A stretch of 63,264 nt of DNA, counting the filler, from Globobulimina sp. (Eukaryota), in NCBI GenBank assembly GCA_003354225.1. It is 30 parts of 30 records of this genome, joined end to end, with 100 filler letters (N's around TTAATTAATTAA, not from the genome) between each part and the next. Parts side by side here need not be neighbours in the genome. Positions count along the whole stretch, not along the records: positions 48,590 to 50,600 come from PIVH01009773.1; positions 50,701 to 52,711 come from PIVH01009774.1; positions 52,812 to 54,822 come from PIVH01009775.1; positions 54,923 to 56,933 come from PIVH01009776.1; positions 57,034 to 59,044 come from PIVH01009777.1; positions 59,145 to 61,154 come from PIVH01009778.1; 24 more parts are not named here. One strand, written 5' to 3'. The notes under the pieces were generated by a model. It was not told where the DNA came from. It was given only the letters and a program-made list of their open reading frames with translations, and did no database searches. The stretch's first letter is position 1. Every line of letters starts with the position of its first letter. This document shows, one piece after another, positions 48,889-61,254 of this stretch. Both the position numbers and the translations under genes were made by a program.

Positions 48889-50600
48889 TCAATGACCAAA
48901 AATATAGTGTTTAGCGAGTGGTGATAATTCTTTTACCATATTAACCACAAACTCCCAAATTTGCTCCGGATCATCATTACAGTTGTGTGGAAATGTATGT
49001 TGAAATAGTGTGTTATTATTGATAGTCAGTATTTCACGAGGAAAGCAATGTATTTCGTGATCACAGTATCCAAATTTAGGAGAAAGTTTGGTCAGACTAC
49101 GTTTGAGTTGTTTATAGGTGTACAACTGAACATCCTTCTTCGTCCTCATTCCACGCACGACCGGTTTGACAGGATCATTTTGATTTATTATTTGACCCTC
49201 AAACAGGGTGTCAAAAAATGCTGAGAATGTGGTTAATTCATCGTTTTCTCCACTTCTCCTCCAACCTTTAGTGGCTAGTTTTCGTTCCATTTCCGATAGA
49301 TTGAGGAATAGATATAATTTAGGAGCCAACGAAATTGCGATTTCAGCTCGAAACTCTTGCTTGAAAAGCAGAGGCTCCAATGCCAGTTCTTTAGCCATAG
49401 GACCTTCCAGTGGGACAAAATATTTATGTTCGATTGCTTTGAATTCCTCCCTTCTCTCTGGTTTACAACATTCAAGCATATTATCTCCAGCTAACAATAT
49501 ACACAAACTATCCGTATCCATACACTGAAGACTCCAAGCGGAACGACGAAAATATTTATGGAAAACATTGTAAACACAGGAGAGAAGTGGGATTTTGGAA
49601 CAAGAGAGAATGTCCGCAGAAAGTTGTTTTGGTAAGACTTGTTGACAAGAAGTGTTTCTCATACCAAATTCCAAATATATTCCACGATCTTCTTCTGGAC
49701 CAACATCATAGGAATCTTTAAAGTTTTCTGCCCTACGCAGTTTACCTGATTTTGATGCAGGAACATACTTGACTTTATCTCGATCTAATAGGTTGAGCAA
49801 TCCGAAGCCATATGCATGATTCGCGATCGCTTTCAGGGCTATTGTCATTGTAGGTTCATCCATTTCTTTTGCCCGTTTTCTACCAGCTACAATTTTATCC
49901 AACCAATCTTCCATTACGGCGCCTCGTTGAAATTGTAGTACTCTGTTGATGTTTGTGACTTTAAGTCCCAATTCATTAACATAGAAGGTAAACAGTGGAC
50001 TGGCGATCACAATATTATCAACCTTCATTGTTGAGAGTAAAAAAGTCTGTCCATTTTTCAACAAATCATGAGTTCTAGCATACTCCTTTTGTTTTTCATC
50101 AACAAGGTCATCTCGCTCGATTTTCTGTTTACAAAAGAAAGGTGGTAGGGTACTGAATTTGTCATACATCTCAGGCGTGCGTGGTACCTCCATAGAGCAC
50201 TCGATAAACCCATGTATTCTTTCCTCGCTGATCAGTTGACTCATCCTCTGCCATGATATGTTTTCTTCGACTGCAGGAGGTGATGAGTCGGTCGCAAATC
50301 TAGCTAAATCTTTAGCATTGTTTGTATTGTACTTCAGTTCATCGAGGAAGTCGTGCTCCCAAATACAGACCAACTCTTTGACATCAGGGTGGTTTTTGAT
50401 GTATTCGTTTCGTTTCATTGTTTCTTCATAGAGCTCTCCATATGTTTTATCATTAACTGGATTCTTAGCATCACGATTTGGATAACATGCCGGACATCCA
50501 TGAAACATACCTATAACAATGTGATTATACACACGAGTATGATATTTCAATGTATTATTAAGCTCCTGAACTTACACCCGTCAAATTCCAAAGCAACAAA
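48889..50600 (-). mobile_element. Polinton/adintovirus-type protein-primed DNA polymerase B with Vsr-like insert (intron 50511-50575), 5' truncated
   Basis: EFDGCMFHGC...IWEHDF; KAIANHAYG (motif B); MDTDS (motif C); APKLY; TKG. Confidence 0.9.
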
Positions 50601-51124
50601 NNNNNNNNNNNNNNNNNNNNNNNNNNNNNNNNNNNNNNNNNNNNTTAATTAATTAANNNNNNNNNNNNNNNNNNNNNNNNNNNNNNNNNNNNNNNNNNNN
50701 GTAACATTCATTTCATACAAAACATTAATGCTCGCACAGAATGTATTTACAATGTCATCGTAATATTGAGTGTGGTATTCCGCATGCAAACATTTCTTTA
50801 CTTCACTTTTATTAAATTTACGAGTGGCCCTTATGCGGTATTTATCGCCGGCATCGCAGGGCTCTGTGGATATAGGTATACTGGAAACGATATGATCCAT
50901 AACCAATGTAATATTGTTTGCAAAGAAAATCATGTTTGAATGAAGACGCCAATCTATTTTTGATATAGACATCGATTTGTATCCAATCAATAAAACAATA
51001 GATATTATACACGATTTAATAACCAACTTGGCCATGGTAGACATTATTCATTTTTAGCTCACGGATGGATTGTGCTCGCGGACCATGGCTTACTTTCTAA
51101 AACTTTGAAAACCAACGTACAAAA

Positions 51125-52367
51125 ATGAAGCAAATGATATCCATCCAATCGCCGACTCGTGACACTACTGAAACAGAGGAAGATGGTTTAAAACGCATAA
51201 ACTATCCCTCCATAGATGCCGGCAGTGCCACTGTTCGTCATTTAATGCGTCAATATGGCTTTGAATCCTCTTCAAACACACACCACCTCGACGACGATGA
51301 CTCTGACACCACTCATATCAACGATGAAATTGCGAGTAGTGGCGATGAAACTGATCAAGACTCCAAATCGCAACAACAGCAACAGGAAGAAGAGGACAAT
51401 TACACCATTACCATGTCTGCAGAGCCAACCATAGAAACCTCCACAATCGTAGCTTCATTCCCAGATTTATCCTATAACCAATTCCAACCAGTTCCAGCGC
51501 GCAGAGCCTCTGCTTCCATGACACACAAAGAGAGTATGATCACTATAGACACCTCCTATAAAACTAAAAAAGGCGTCTTGCAGCTAAACAAGCACAAGTT
51601 CCAGACTCGTGGCCATGGCACTGGGAAATTTAAACGTAGATCACAATCCGCCATGTTATCCGTGACTGACACTGCATCCGTTTTAACCTCTGAACAGGAT
51701 ACGCCGTTTGTATCTCGTGTACCAATCGATAGACCCAATCTGAAGCAGCAAAACCACCAAAGTCGTAACCGTAAACAAAACGAGATGAATTATTTGCATT
51801 TATTGCAGCCTACACCACGGAGATTGTCCCTGTCGTTATCCTCCATGACTTCGGAGGATGCGTACCCGCATATCTCCGCATATTCTGATAGTATAAACAC
51901 GATGGAGTTTGAACGCGATGTCAGTAAAACATTCGAGATTGGATCAGAACAGTTATCCTTTCGCAATTCATCCCGTATGACACCGCACAGCAATCACAAG
52001 CATAAAATGAGAGTGAGCCCTCGTTTTAAATCGCGTGGGGTGTCCAAGGAAGTACTTCCTAATCAATCGCATAACTCCCATATGCATCTACAACGCAGGC
52101 GGCAAAATATGATGTTGACGCGCAATAATTTAGTTGACGTCGCTAGCAACAACAACAAAGAAAGAGACCGGGATGACACTGTGCATTCTATCTCTATCAC
52201 CTTGGATAGCAATAACAATCAGGGGACGGTCATGATACATTCCAATCAGAATACGATGGTGGGACATAATAATAACAACCAACACCAACATGACCAACAC
52301 CAACAGGTCCAACACCAACACCAACACAGTAAGTTATTAGCGCCGCTATTAGATGACATGAACGGTA

Positions 52368-52403
<36 letters not shown>

Positions 52404-52711
52404 TATTATCATCTGATGCGGAAGAAGAGGCTGACGATATAGATCTAGCAGAACCAGACGGAGATGAACAGGAAGATTGTGACTGTGAATATGAGTGTGA
52501 GTGCGAATGTGAATGCGAATGTGAGTGTGAATGTGAGTGTGAGTGTGAAAGTAGAAACGATTTCGAATCGCAAAGTGTTCAATATACCCAGGTACAAACA
52601 CAAACAGACACCGAGTCTGAGTTTAGCGTATATTTGTATAATAATTATCAACTCAACGCGTATGACAGCGGCGATTCTGGATATTCGTTATTGGAGTTAG
52701 AGCAGGCTATT
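51125..52711 (+). CDS. Intrinsically disordered protein with poly-Asp and (Glu-Cys)9 tracts, 3' truncated
   Basis: ORF of about 530 aa, S/T/Q/N/D-rich. Confidence 0.75.
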
Positions 52712-52811
52712 NNNNNNNNNNNNNNNNNNNNNNNNNNNNNNNNNNNNNNNNNNNNTTAATTAATTAANNNNNNNNNNNNNNNNNNNNNNNNNNNNNNNNN
52801 NNNNNNNNNNN

Positions 52812-54310
52812 ATAAATTCAAATTATAGTGTAGTTGTTTATGGGTGGTTGTTATATAAGATTTCTGCGCCTCTTTTACCATTCGTGTTAATATTGCTTTC
52901 AAATCATCTTTGTTTCTGACTATATTAGAAACGTGTTTCGATAATTTGGAGGGGTCACGATTTTTAAGCCATAATGGATATCCATCCTTGATCCAATTTA
53001 TTTCTATCTTACCGTTTGGATGGTCGCTTAAATAATCCGTGAATAAATTTATATTAAAGTGTTGTGGTATATTGGGTGGGTAAGCCCAAAGGTCAGCTAA
53101 TTTCTGGAGTAAATTAGCACAGTCTTTGTCTACTTTTGAAAGTAACGGAATATGTGATCCTGCGTATAAACAAAATAGAGACACATTCTAAAGCAATTGT
53201 TTCTGTGATGGTGTAAATAATATCAATTACAAATAAATCAAACACGAATTTAGTAGTCAATCAAAAGATATTTATTTAAATATCTCTCGACAGTGTGGAA
53301 TTGTGTGTGTGTCATCTCCACATAAACACGTATGGACACGTTTCATTCCTCCGGTTCTGCAGATTGGACCTTTGGAGAAACACTTTTCGTTATCCATGTT
53401 ATGTCCGGCACAATAATAGCCACTGAAATCCTTTTTATATTTATCTTTTAAACTCTTTCGTGTTGTGTTCATCCAATTGGTTATCCGACTGATTCTTGCC
53501 TCTCTCTCTTGTTTTGTTAATTGTTGGTATCGATTGTTACTTGTTTTGCCCCCTCGATTATTGTTATTATGTTGGTTTTGTGTATTATTTATTGTTGATG
53601 TTGTACTATTTAGTGATTTTTGATGATTCATTAAAGTTTGTTGAGTTTTTATTAATTTAACATGATCATAATCATTGAACATAAATTGTAACCACATTGG
53701 GTCCACCGTTGCTTGCAATTTCTTATCCGTTTCGAGAGTCGAACGGAGTGTGACATGTTGTAAAGATATAGTGATTGAGATGGCGTCTTCGATCGCTATG
53801 GACATTGACTCATTCAAAAATAGATAAAATAACTGTTCATTCAATAATGGATCAATAATCAATTGAGTTATCAAAATCGATGCTCTTTGCCAATCACTCA
53901 AAGCGACATTTAACATTCTGACATAACGATCAACCTCATCTGAGGCACTTATCTCGTCGATATGTTTCTTTTTGTACATAATATTCAGACTTTTGATTAA
54001 ATCGTTTCTCTGTTTGCCGACGTATAAAGACCAATTGTTAAAAATGATTATCACTTCATTGAAAAACGTGGACACATTCGATTTCTCTTTGAATATATTA
54101 TTTATTGTTGTTGTGTGATTCGCTCTGATTAAATGTTTAGTTTTTTTTGTATTTTTCATAATTCCTAACATAATATCTGTGAAATTTTGGGGGTTCACTC
54201 TCCAAACAAACATTAATAAGTCCATTTGTGCTGTGGTGACTGTTGATTTTTTGCTTTTCTCCTTTTTCTTTTTTGTGCCTGATTTGCTATCATCTGAGTC
54301 ATCATCATCT
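52812..54310 (-). mobile_element. DIRS/Ngaro-type (tyrosine recombinase) retrotransposon: gag plus start of the RT ORF
   Basis: Gag C-terminus YC..HN...C...C...HTCLCG...H...C; next ORF has YLSDHPN...WIKDGYP...N...KE, typical of the DIRS/Ngaro pre-RT region. Confidence 0.7.
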
Positions 54311-55162
54311 GTATAATGACATAAACAAACATAAAATGGATATATTTAGGTTCGTCTGTATGTAAATTCTTTATGCAATGGGTCTTATATACTACGTAAA
54401 GTTATACTTAGTTTGTATAACGCCATCGGAGTTGAATAAATTTGACAGTTATTCTCTTGAATAACTTGTCATTCACTCCCTTGATGGTCCTCAATCTCTC
54501 TGTGACTAATTTAAGCTGATTATGAGTTGAGACATGACATTTTGCACAAAATGTCATGTCAATGTAGCTGCATTTCACAAACTTAAATTTCAATCTATTG
54601 TAAATTGTAAAGTGCGGAAACAAAGTAAACAAACACGTCTTTCTCCAGAAAAAACGGGATTGTATAATATAGATAAAACACACAAGGTAGTCATCCAAAG
54701 TCATACATAAAGATTGTAAACAAACACATTGTATACACGGCTCACATGATAAAAGGATACAGATCCAAAACAAACCTTGGATTTCACCGATAACATCCTT
54801 GTTTCGCGCGCAATTCATCATANNNNNNNNNNNNNNNNNNNNNNNNNNNNNNNNNNNNNNNNNNNNTTAATTAATTAANNNNNNNNNNNNNNNNNNNNNN
54901 NNNNNNNNNNNNNNNNNNNNNNTATGATAATACCAAATTCCCTATATGGTCATTATTGGGAATAAAGCATCGTATTCATATGCAACTTTATCTCTTGGAT
55001 GAGTAACGTTTCCCGAAAACACAGTTTTGAGCCTTGGGGGCCAGAACCAAAAAAGGAAGACAGTCTGTTGTATTTGTCATAATTAAATGTCTGTGTACCG
55101 AAATATTTTGCACCCCAGGCAGATGATAAGCTACTAACTAAAAACTGAATTCTGCACATCCA

Positions 55163-55250
55163 TTGATTTCTGTGTTATATTTGTATCTGTTTTTTGCTGG
55201 CCAAGTATTGGCATGCGCAAAAACAGATACACATATAACACAGAAATCAA
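55163..55250. repeat. Long hairpin (18 bp perfect + 13 bp stem)
   Basis: TTGATTTCTGTGTTATAT.TGTATCTGTTTTT ... AAAAACAGATACA.ATATAACACAGAAATCAA. Confidence 0.9.
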
Positions 55251-55292
55251 GGAAAAATTGACATGTGTAAAAACAGATATGGTCAATTGATG

Positions 55293-55839
55293 ACTTCTGT
55301 TATGATATCTCTAATAGATACTGATACTGACATTGATACTAATACTGATATTCAACCCAATGCCAAAATATATTCAAACGTACGTTTCTGATACAAGATA
55401 CAACTATCTCATACGAATCAAAGCTTTTCATGATATTAAATATATCTTCAAATTACTTGCCATTGTTGACTGAACGTGACTGTAAAGTTCGGAATTGTGT
55501 TCTGATTGGTTGAAATTTAAATCTTCGTTCAATGCCGTGCCATTGTTTTACTTCAGTCAACCTACGAACATGGCAGATTACAGACAAACACTACAGCGAT
55601 GGGCACTAAGAATAAGTGAGCACTTTGAGGCTTCAAGATGTATCCAATATCATAAACTTTGATTCGTATCACGGAGTTGTATCTTGTATCAGAAACGTTT
55701 GAATATATTTTGGCAGTATCTGATACGTACAACTGTATTGATATTATTGAATATCAGTATCAGTATCAATGTCAGTATCAGTATCATATGATGTATCAGT
55801 ATCTGTATCAGTATGTATTAGAGATATCATAACAGAAGT
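55293..55839. mobile_element. MITE/foldback element with long imperfect TIRs
   Basis: ACTTCTGTTATGATATCTCTAATA...TATTAGAGATATCATAACAGAAGT perfect 24-bp ends; similarity extends about 150 bp inward; GATACT subrepeats. Confidence 0.85.
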
Positions 55840-56042
55840 AATTGAGAGATGATAGCATGAAGATTTTCTTGAAATTGATGCGATTTTTTCGCGTAGCAAT
55901 ACGCACATTTTAAATAATAAAAAAAAGAATTAAAAAATAACAAATCCGATTTCATTTAAACATTAAAAAGTGTATGTTATGTGCAGATTCCATTATTTTT
56001 ATTCGAGGAAAAACATACCAGAAACAGTCGTTTTCAACATTA

Positions 56043-56786
56043 TCATATCTTTTTTTTAATTTTTTTGGTTATGATTGCATGTACATCGGTAAAAGTTGTT
56101 AATTGTGATGGAAGAATTCCAACTTCAAAAACAATAAATGTAACAATTCTTAATTTTAAATGTATCCCAATGATTAACTGACCAAATGTAAATATTGTAT
56201 GAATTAATAAACCACATAAATATAAAAATATGCGTAATTTTACTTTATTTTTATTACCTAAATAATAATATATAGATGCTACATGTAATGGCCATCGTGC
56301 AAGTAATAACCAAGCAAATATTGTTATATAATATCTACTAATAATAGGAAATTGATGATATATTTTTGCATCAAATATATCGACCATTACAATAAATGCT
56401 GCCAAATGATGAGTAAAATTATACCATTTCATATTGTTTGTATAATATATGATATCTATGCAATAGATGGACGCAATTAAAGTTATAACAAATTTCATTG
56501 CCTTATCAAACACATAATTGTTGTCTTGGAAATCATCAAGATGAAATTCTGACCAATTAGATATTGCAGCAATACTGGTTATTACAAATCCTATCAAAAA
56601 ATACATTGCACAAAATAGTTTGATTTTAACTTTGATTTTATTTTTAATGCTTAATTCATCATATGTATCATTTATATTTGCTACACACAATATATAGTCA
56701 GTTGTTGGATGAAATAATATAAATGTAGATATTGGTACAACTGACCATACTAACCACCATAAATTAACATTATCTAAACACATCAT
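56043..56786 (-). CDS. TLC (TRAM/LAG1/CLN8)-like membrane protein
   Basis: Multi-TM; SIYCID...FTHHL motif. Confidence 0.6.
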   Translation of the reverse strand: MMCLDNVNLWWLVWSVVPISTFILFHPTTDYILCVANINDTYDELSIKNKIKVKIKLFCAMYFLIGFVITSIAAISNWSEFHLDDFQDNNYVFDKAMKFVITLIASIYCIDIIYYTNNMKWYNFTHHLAAFIVMVDIFDAKIYHQFPIISRYYITIFAWLLLARWPLHVASIYYYLGNKNKVKLRIFLYLCGLLIHTIFTFGQLIIGIHLKLRIVTFIVFEVGILPSQLTTFTDVHAIITKKIKKKI

Positions 56787-57033
56787 TTTTATTATTTCTT
56801 TTAAAGTTTGTTTTTGTTTGTCAATAAGTGCAGTTGGGTGTGTTTTTAACTACTTTTTGTTGAGTTGAGTATGTTTTTGATTGGTTGAAAAATGTTTTGA
56901 TTGGTTGATAATTTGTTTCTGTTCTTGAGGAATNNNNNNNNNNNNNNNNNNNNNNNNNNNNNNNNNNNNNNNNNNNNTTAATTAATTAANNNNNNNNNNN
57001 NNNNNNNNNNNNNNNNNNNNNNNNNNNNNNNNN

Positions 57034-58590
57034 CAGTTTTATGCGCGGCTATGGACTTATTATGTGAATGGACATTGTGTGGATAAGATCGAGTTGTTAG
57101 TTCTCGGTGGAACTTGGAGTGAATATCCAGTGCAATATCAAGAGGAGTTCATTCGAGATTGCTTTTATGCTTCAAACACTTTTTATGATTTTATGGATCT
57201 GACTCATCTGAGTGGAGATAAAGCGTTCTCTGAACAAGAATGCAAAAAGAAAATCCGTTTAAAAAAGTCGTTGATTGAGGAACAAAAAATGAATGAAAAC
57301 AGCCAGTGCCGAATTATTGGCATTACATTGGAAACGAGACCAGACTCAATAAACAAAAGAGAGGTAAAACAGTTGCGATATTACGGCTGTACGAGAGTAC
57401 AAATTGGCATTCAACACACAAATGATGCGATATTGGCAAATATTAACAGAGGCTGTTTGAATGTGGACGCAATTAAATGTGTGAAATTGTTGAAAAATGT
57501 GGGGTTTAAGTTGGATTTCCATTTAATGCCAGATTTGCCGGGCAGCACAGTAGAGATTGACGAGGAAATGTTTTATTATGTTTTAAATAGTACACTTTTA
57601 CAGGCGGACCAATGGAAAATTTATCCGTGCCAAACCACCAAATATACGGTGATTGAGAAATGGTTCGAAAGTGGCAAATATTGCCCATTTGAAGCGAGCC
57701 AATTATTAAACTTATTGATCAAAGTAAAAAACCACATTCATCCATGGATTCGCCTAAATCGCATTATTCGCGACATTCCAAATCAATATATTTTGGCTGG
57801 AAATGAGGTTACAAATTTAAGGCAATTTTTACAGAGAGAAATGAAGGAAAATGGCGGCAAATGTGCTTGTATTCGATGTCGAGAGATTGGCGCAAAAGAA
57901 TTGGATTTCAATGATGAGAAAAATAAAATTGTTTTAAAGATTCGTTGTTATGAATCGAGCGATGGCATTGAATATTTCATTTCTTTTGAAACTTTTGATG
58001 AAGAGACAATTTTTGGCTTTGTCAGGTTGCGAATCTGTGATAATTTCGAAACGGTTAAAGATGTATTCCCAGAGTTGGCGGATTGTGCTATGATCCGCGA
58101 ATTGCATGTTTATGGCCAAATGCTTCCAGTCTTTACAAAAGGTGATCAAATGAAGAAAACGCAACATTCCGGCTTTGGTAAGAAATTAATGAATGCTGCT
58201 GAAATTATTTCGGTGTTGAATGGATATAAAAAAATAAGTGTCATTGCTGGCGTTGGAACGAGGAATTATTATCGCAAAATGGCATACAAATTGAAAGGAA
58301 CGTATATGATAAAAAAGTTGGGCAATGTTCGTTATTACACACATTTATTTGGCAATTCATTGGAATTGGTTGCGACCCAAACTCCGTATAAAGAGATTGT
58401 GCACAAATTGAAAGAGAAAACAAATTTCGATTCTTCATTGAAAAAATCAATCCATGTTGAAAAAGATTTGGTGGTCAAACATTATGTGATCCAGAAAAGC
58501 CTCATTCTTTCTCATCTGCTCAGCATTAATGTGCTTGTCGTGCTGATTGCTTTTCTTATTCTGTGCTTTCTGCGAAATAAATATTACTGA
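57034..58590 (+). CDS. ELP3: Elongator subunit 3 (radical SAM + KAT) with C-terminal TM helix, 5' truncated
   Basis: DKIELLVLGGTW, GITLETRPD, GCTRVQIGIQH, HLMPDLPGS, KIYP, RLNRIIRDIP, CIRCRE, RELHVYG, QHSGFG, GVGTRNYY. Confidence 0.96.
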   Translation, partial: QFYARLWTYYVNGHCVDKIELLVLGGTWSEYPVQYQEEFIRDCFYASNTFYDFMDLTHLSGDKAFSEQECKKKIRLKKSLIEEQKMNENSQCRIIGITLETRPDSINKREVKQLRYYGCTRVQIGIQHTNDAILANINRGCLNVDAIKCVKLLKNVGFKLDFHLMPDLPGSTVEIDEEMFYYVLNSTLLQADQWKIYPCQTTKYTVIEKWFESGKYCPFEASQLLNLLIKVKNHIHPWIRLNRIIRDIPNQYILAGNEVTNLRQFLQREMKENGGKCACIRCREIGAKELDFNDEKNKIVLKIRCYESSDGIEYFISFETFDEETIFGFVRLRICDNFETVKDVFPELADCAMIRELHVYGQMLPVFTKGDQMKKTQHSGFGKKLMNAAEIISVLNGYKKISVIAGVGTRNYYRKMAYKLKGTYMIKKLGNVRYYTHLFGNSLELVATQTPYKEIVHKLKEKTNFDSSLKKSIHVEKDLVVKHYVIQKSLILSHLLSINVLVVLIAFLILCFLRNKYY

Positions 58591-59149
58591 CAAAGACTGA
58601 GATTAAATTAGAAATCTTTTCCACAATTTTAGTAATTTCATCATCGGCGGTCGGAATCTTCCTTCATAAAATATCCATTCTCCACGGATACCGCTAACTG
58701 TTTGGTTTAATTCCATTTTCAGTGTAATTTACCGATTGGTTTACTTTGATTAAATAATAAATATCATTTTAAATAATAAATATAAATAATAAATGTTAAA
58801 TATAAATTCTAATATAAATGCCTGGTTTGGGTGTATTCCGTGATCTTTATCACCATACTATTTTAGTTTGCATACAGTTTATTGCTATCTGTGTAGACTG
58901 ACTAACGCGTGGTTACACTCAAAGATGAAAGATGTTTTGTTCAAATGTTTTTTCTACTCCAAACACTCTAAAAACAATGAGTTTTGAGACTAATCCACCT
59001 CGTGCTCCACATACAATGCAACATGTTCAACAACAACAACAACANNNNNNNNNNNNNNNNNNNNNNNNNNNNNNNNNNNNNNNNNNNNTTAATTAATTAA
59101 NNNNNNNNNNNNNNNNNNNNNNNNNNNNNNNNNNNNNNNNNNNNTCATA

Positions 59150-59245
59150 TGAGGAGGAATTGGATGCAGACATCGAGGTGGAATTGGACGCAGACATTGA
59201 GGTGGAATTTGATGCAGACATTGAGGTGTAATTTGATGCAGGATC
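59150..59245 (-). repeat. 24-nt tandem repeat encoding (SASNSTSM)n
   Basis: About 4 copies in a Ser-rich ORF fragment. Confidence 0.75.
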
Positions 59246-59969
59246 AATGGAATCGAAGGACGCGGAATCGATGTTACTTTCGGACGAGGCTGCTGCTGCT
59301 TGGCCAAAAGCAAAGGAATCACTGGAATCGCTGGAATTTGACACTGATACGCTACTGCTTGCACTGCCTAATTAGATGCAATACAAAATATATGAGTAGA
59401 TTTGCATAATGGGAAAGTACAAAAAAAAGATTTGTTGTACCTGAACTGCGTATTTAGTAATAGTTTGTGGTAATTTAATTTGAATTGAATTCGAACTGTC
59501 ATTTTGTAGGTAGGTATACGTAGACATACACGTGGCTAAACCATAGGGTTAATGATAGGGCTATTATGGCTAAGAGATGGATATTCTTCATTTCAATCGA
59601 TTATTTTAGGTGCTTACGATGAGTTGATACGACGAGTTGATATACGAGTTGATACGAGAGGATGGTGGATGAAGAAAAAAAGGTTTTGGTTGAAAAATGT
59701 AAAAAAAAGTATTCTGTTGCGTGTTAAAATTATTTGTAAACCTAAACCCATATATAATGTATACTTAATATGCAATTATATACTCATGGCAATATAAGGT
59801 AAATAATTCTAACACGTTTCGTCAACAGTCACCTTTTGGAGTCTATGCATGCAGCTTGTACAACACCTGACATCTAATGATCTCATATTCGATCCGTCCT
59901 CATAGGCTTGGTACATCGAAAAAAAAAATATGCTTCAAAACAAATCACAACAAAACGAAGAACAAATTA

Positions 59970-60987
59970 TTAATAATTATTTTCAGAGAATTCTGATTCT
60001 AAATCAACTTCAGATTCCAAGATCCGTTGAAGTTCTTGTTCATTTGCACGATTATAACCATATCCATCCATAAAATCAGAGGTTAAAATCTGATGTTTTA
60101 AGAAATGACCATGTGATCCATACAGAAATTTGGATGGATTATGAAATGAAATCAAACCATGTTTAATCATACAATTTGCAATATGCGGACTCAATAAAAT
60201 CCAAACAAAATTAAACAATGATATTAAACTCCACATTGAAAATGCCTCCGTGCCATAAATGCCATATAATACACAAAAAGAACCTATTTATAATATTTAT
60301 AGCTATGATTACGAGTTCAATGATAAATAATACAATAAACACACCTAAAGTGCACGAAGCATGACATATAATGAGCCACAGTGGGCGGTACAATGTGAAT
60401 AACAATATATTTGGCAGCAAATATAAGCAATTCATAAAATATATAATGATTTTCCATAAAATATGACTTTGCATTAAAGCATGCGCATAAATAATAGCAG
60501 ACCAATCCTGTTTGCCTTTGTCGCCAACAAATATACAAATCGACTCTTGATATGATATTTCATTGTATATTCTTACAGTTATACAAAATGCGTACCATAA
60601 GTAATAAAACATCAATATTAATTTAAGTGAGCCTTTACGGAGGGAATCCGAACGAAATAAATCATTATAAAACGATGTTTTGTGTGCAAATTTTAATTGA
60701 ATTATAGGAAATAAAAACAGTAAAAACATTATAAAATGAGATAAAATTTGATTGAATAAATTGCATGAATTTATAGTGGTATTTTCTTTTATAGCAAACA
60801 TCCAAATTAATGTTTGTATGATCTCTTGGATTGCAATGGTAAATACTAATGGTATTGCTGCACGATCGATATATTGATTTCGATAATAAATATAAATAAT
60901 TCCAGTCCATTGGAAGGCTAGAAATGAAAATGGAATTTCCCAACTAAAATGTTCATGCTCTTGGTGCAGAGATGCCGTTAAACCCAT
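59970..60987 (-). CDS. Multi-pass membrane protein (intron 60284-60344)
   Basis: A phase-1 intron joins two ORFs (CTLG|SFCVLYGIYGTEAFSMWS); QE..Q..IW...C...NQ motif. Confidence 0.65.
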
Positions 60988-61254
60988 TGTTTTTTTGTTG
61001 AGTCACTTGAGTAAGACACAATTAATATTAACAATGACACCGCATCTTTTTTTGTTGGCGTTGTTTATAATTAACTTTTACGTAATATGTTCCACCCAAT
61101 CACTTGATTTAAGCAATTGGATGAAAATCAAAGCGAATGCGTTATGGAATAAAANNNNNNNNNNNNNNNNNNNNNNNNNNNNNNNNNNNNNNNNNNNNTT
61201 AATTAATTAANNNNNNNNNNNNNNNNNNNNNNNNNNNNNNNNNNNNNNNNNNNN

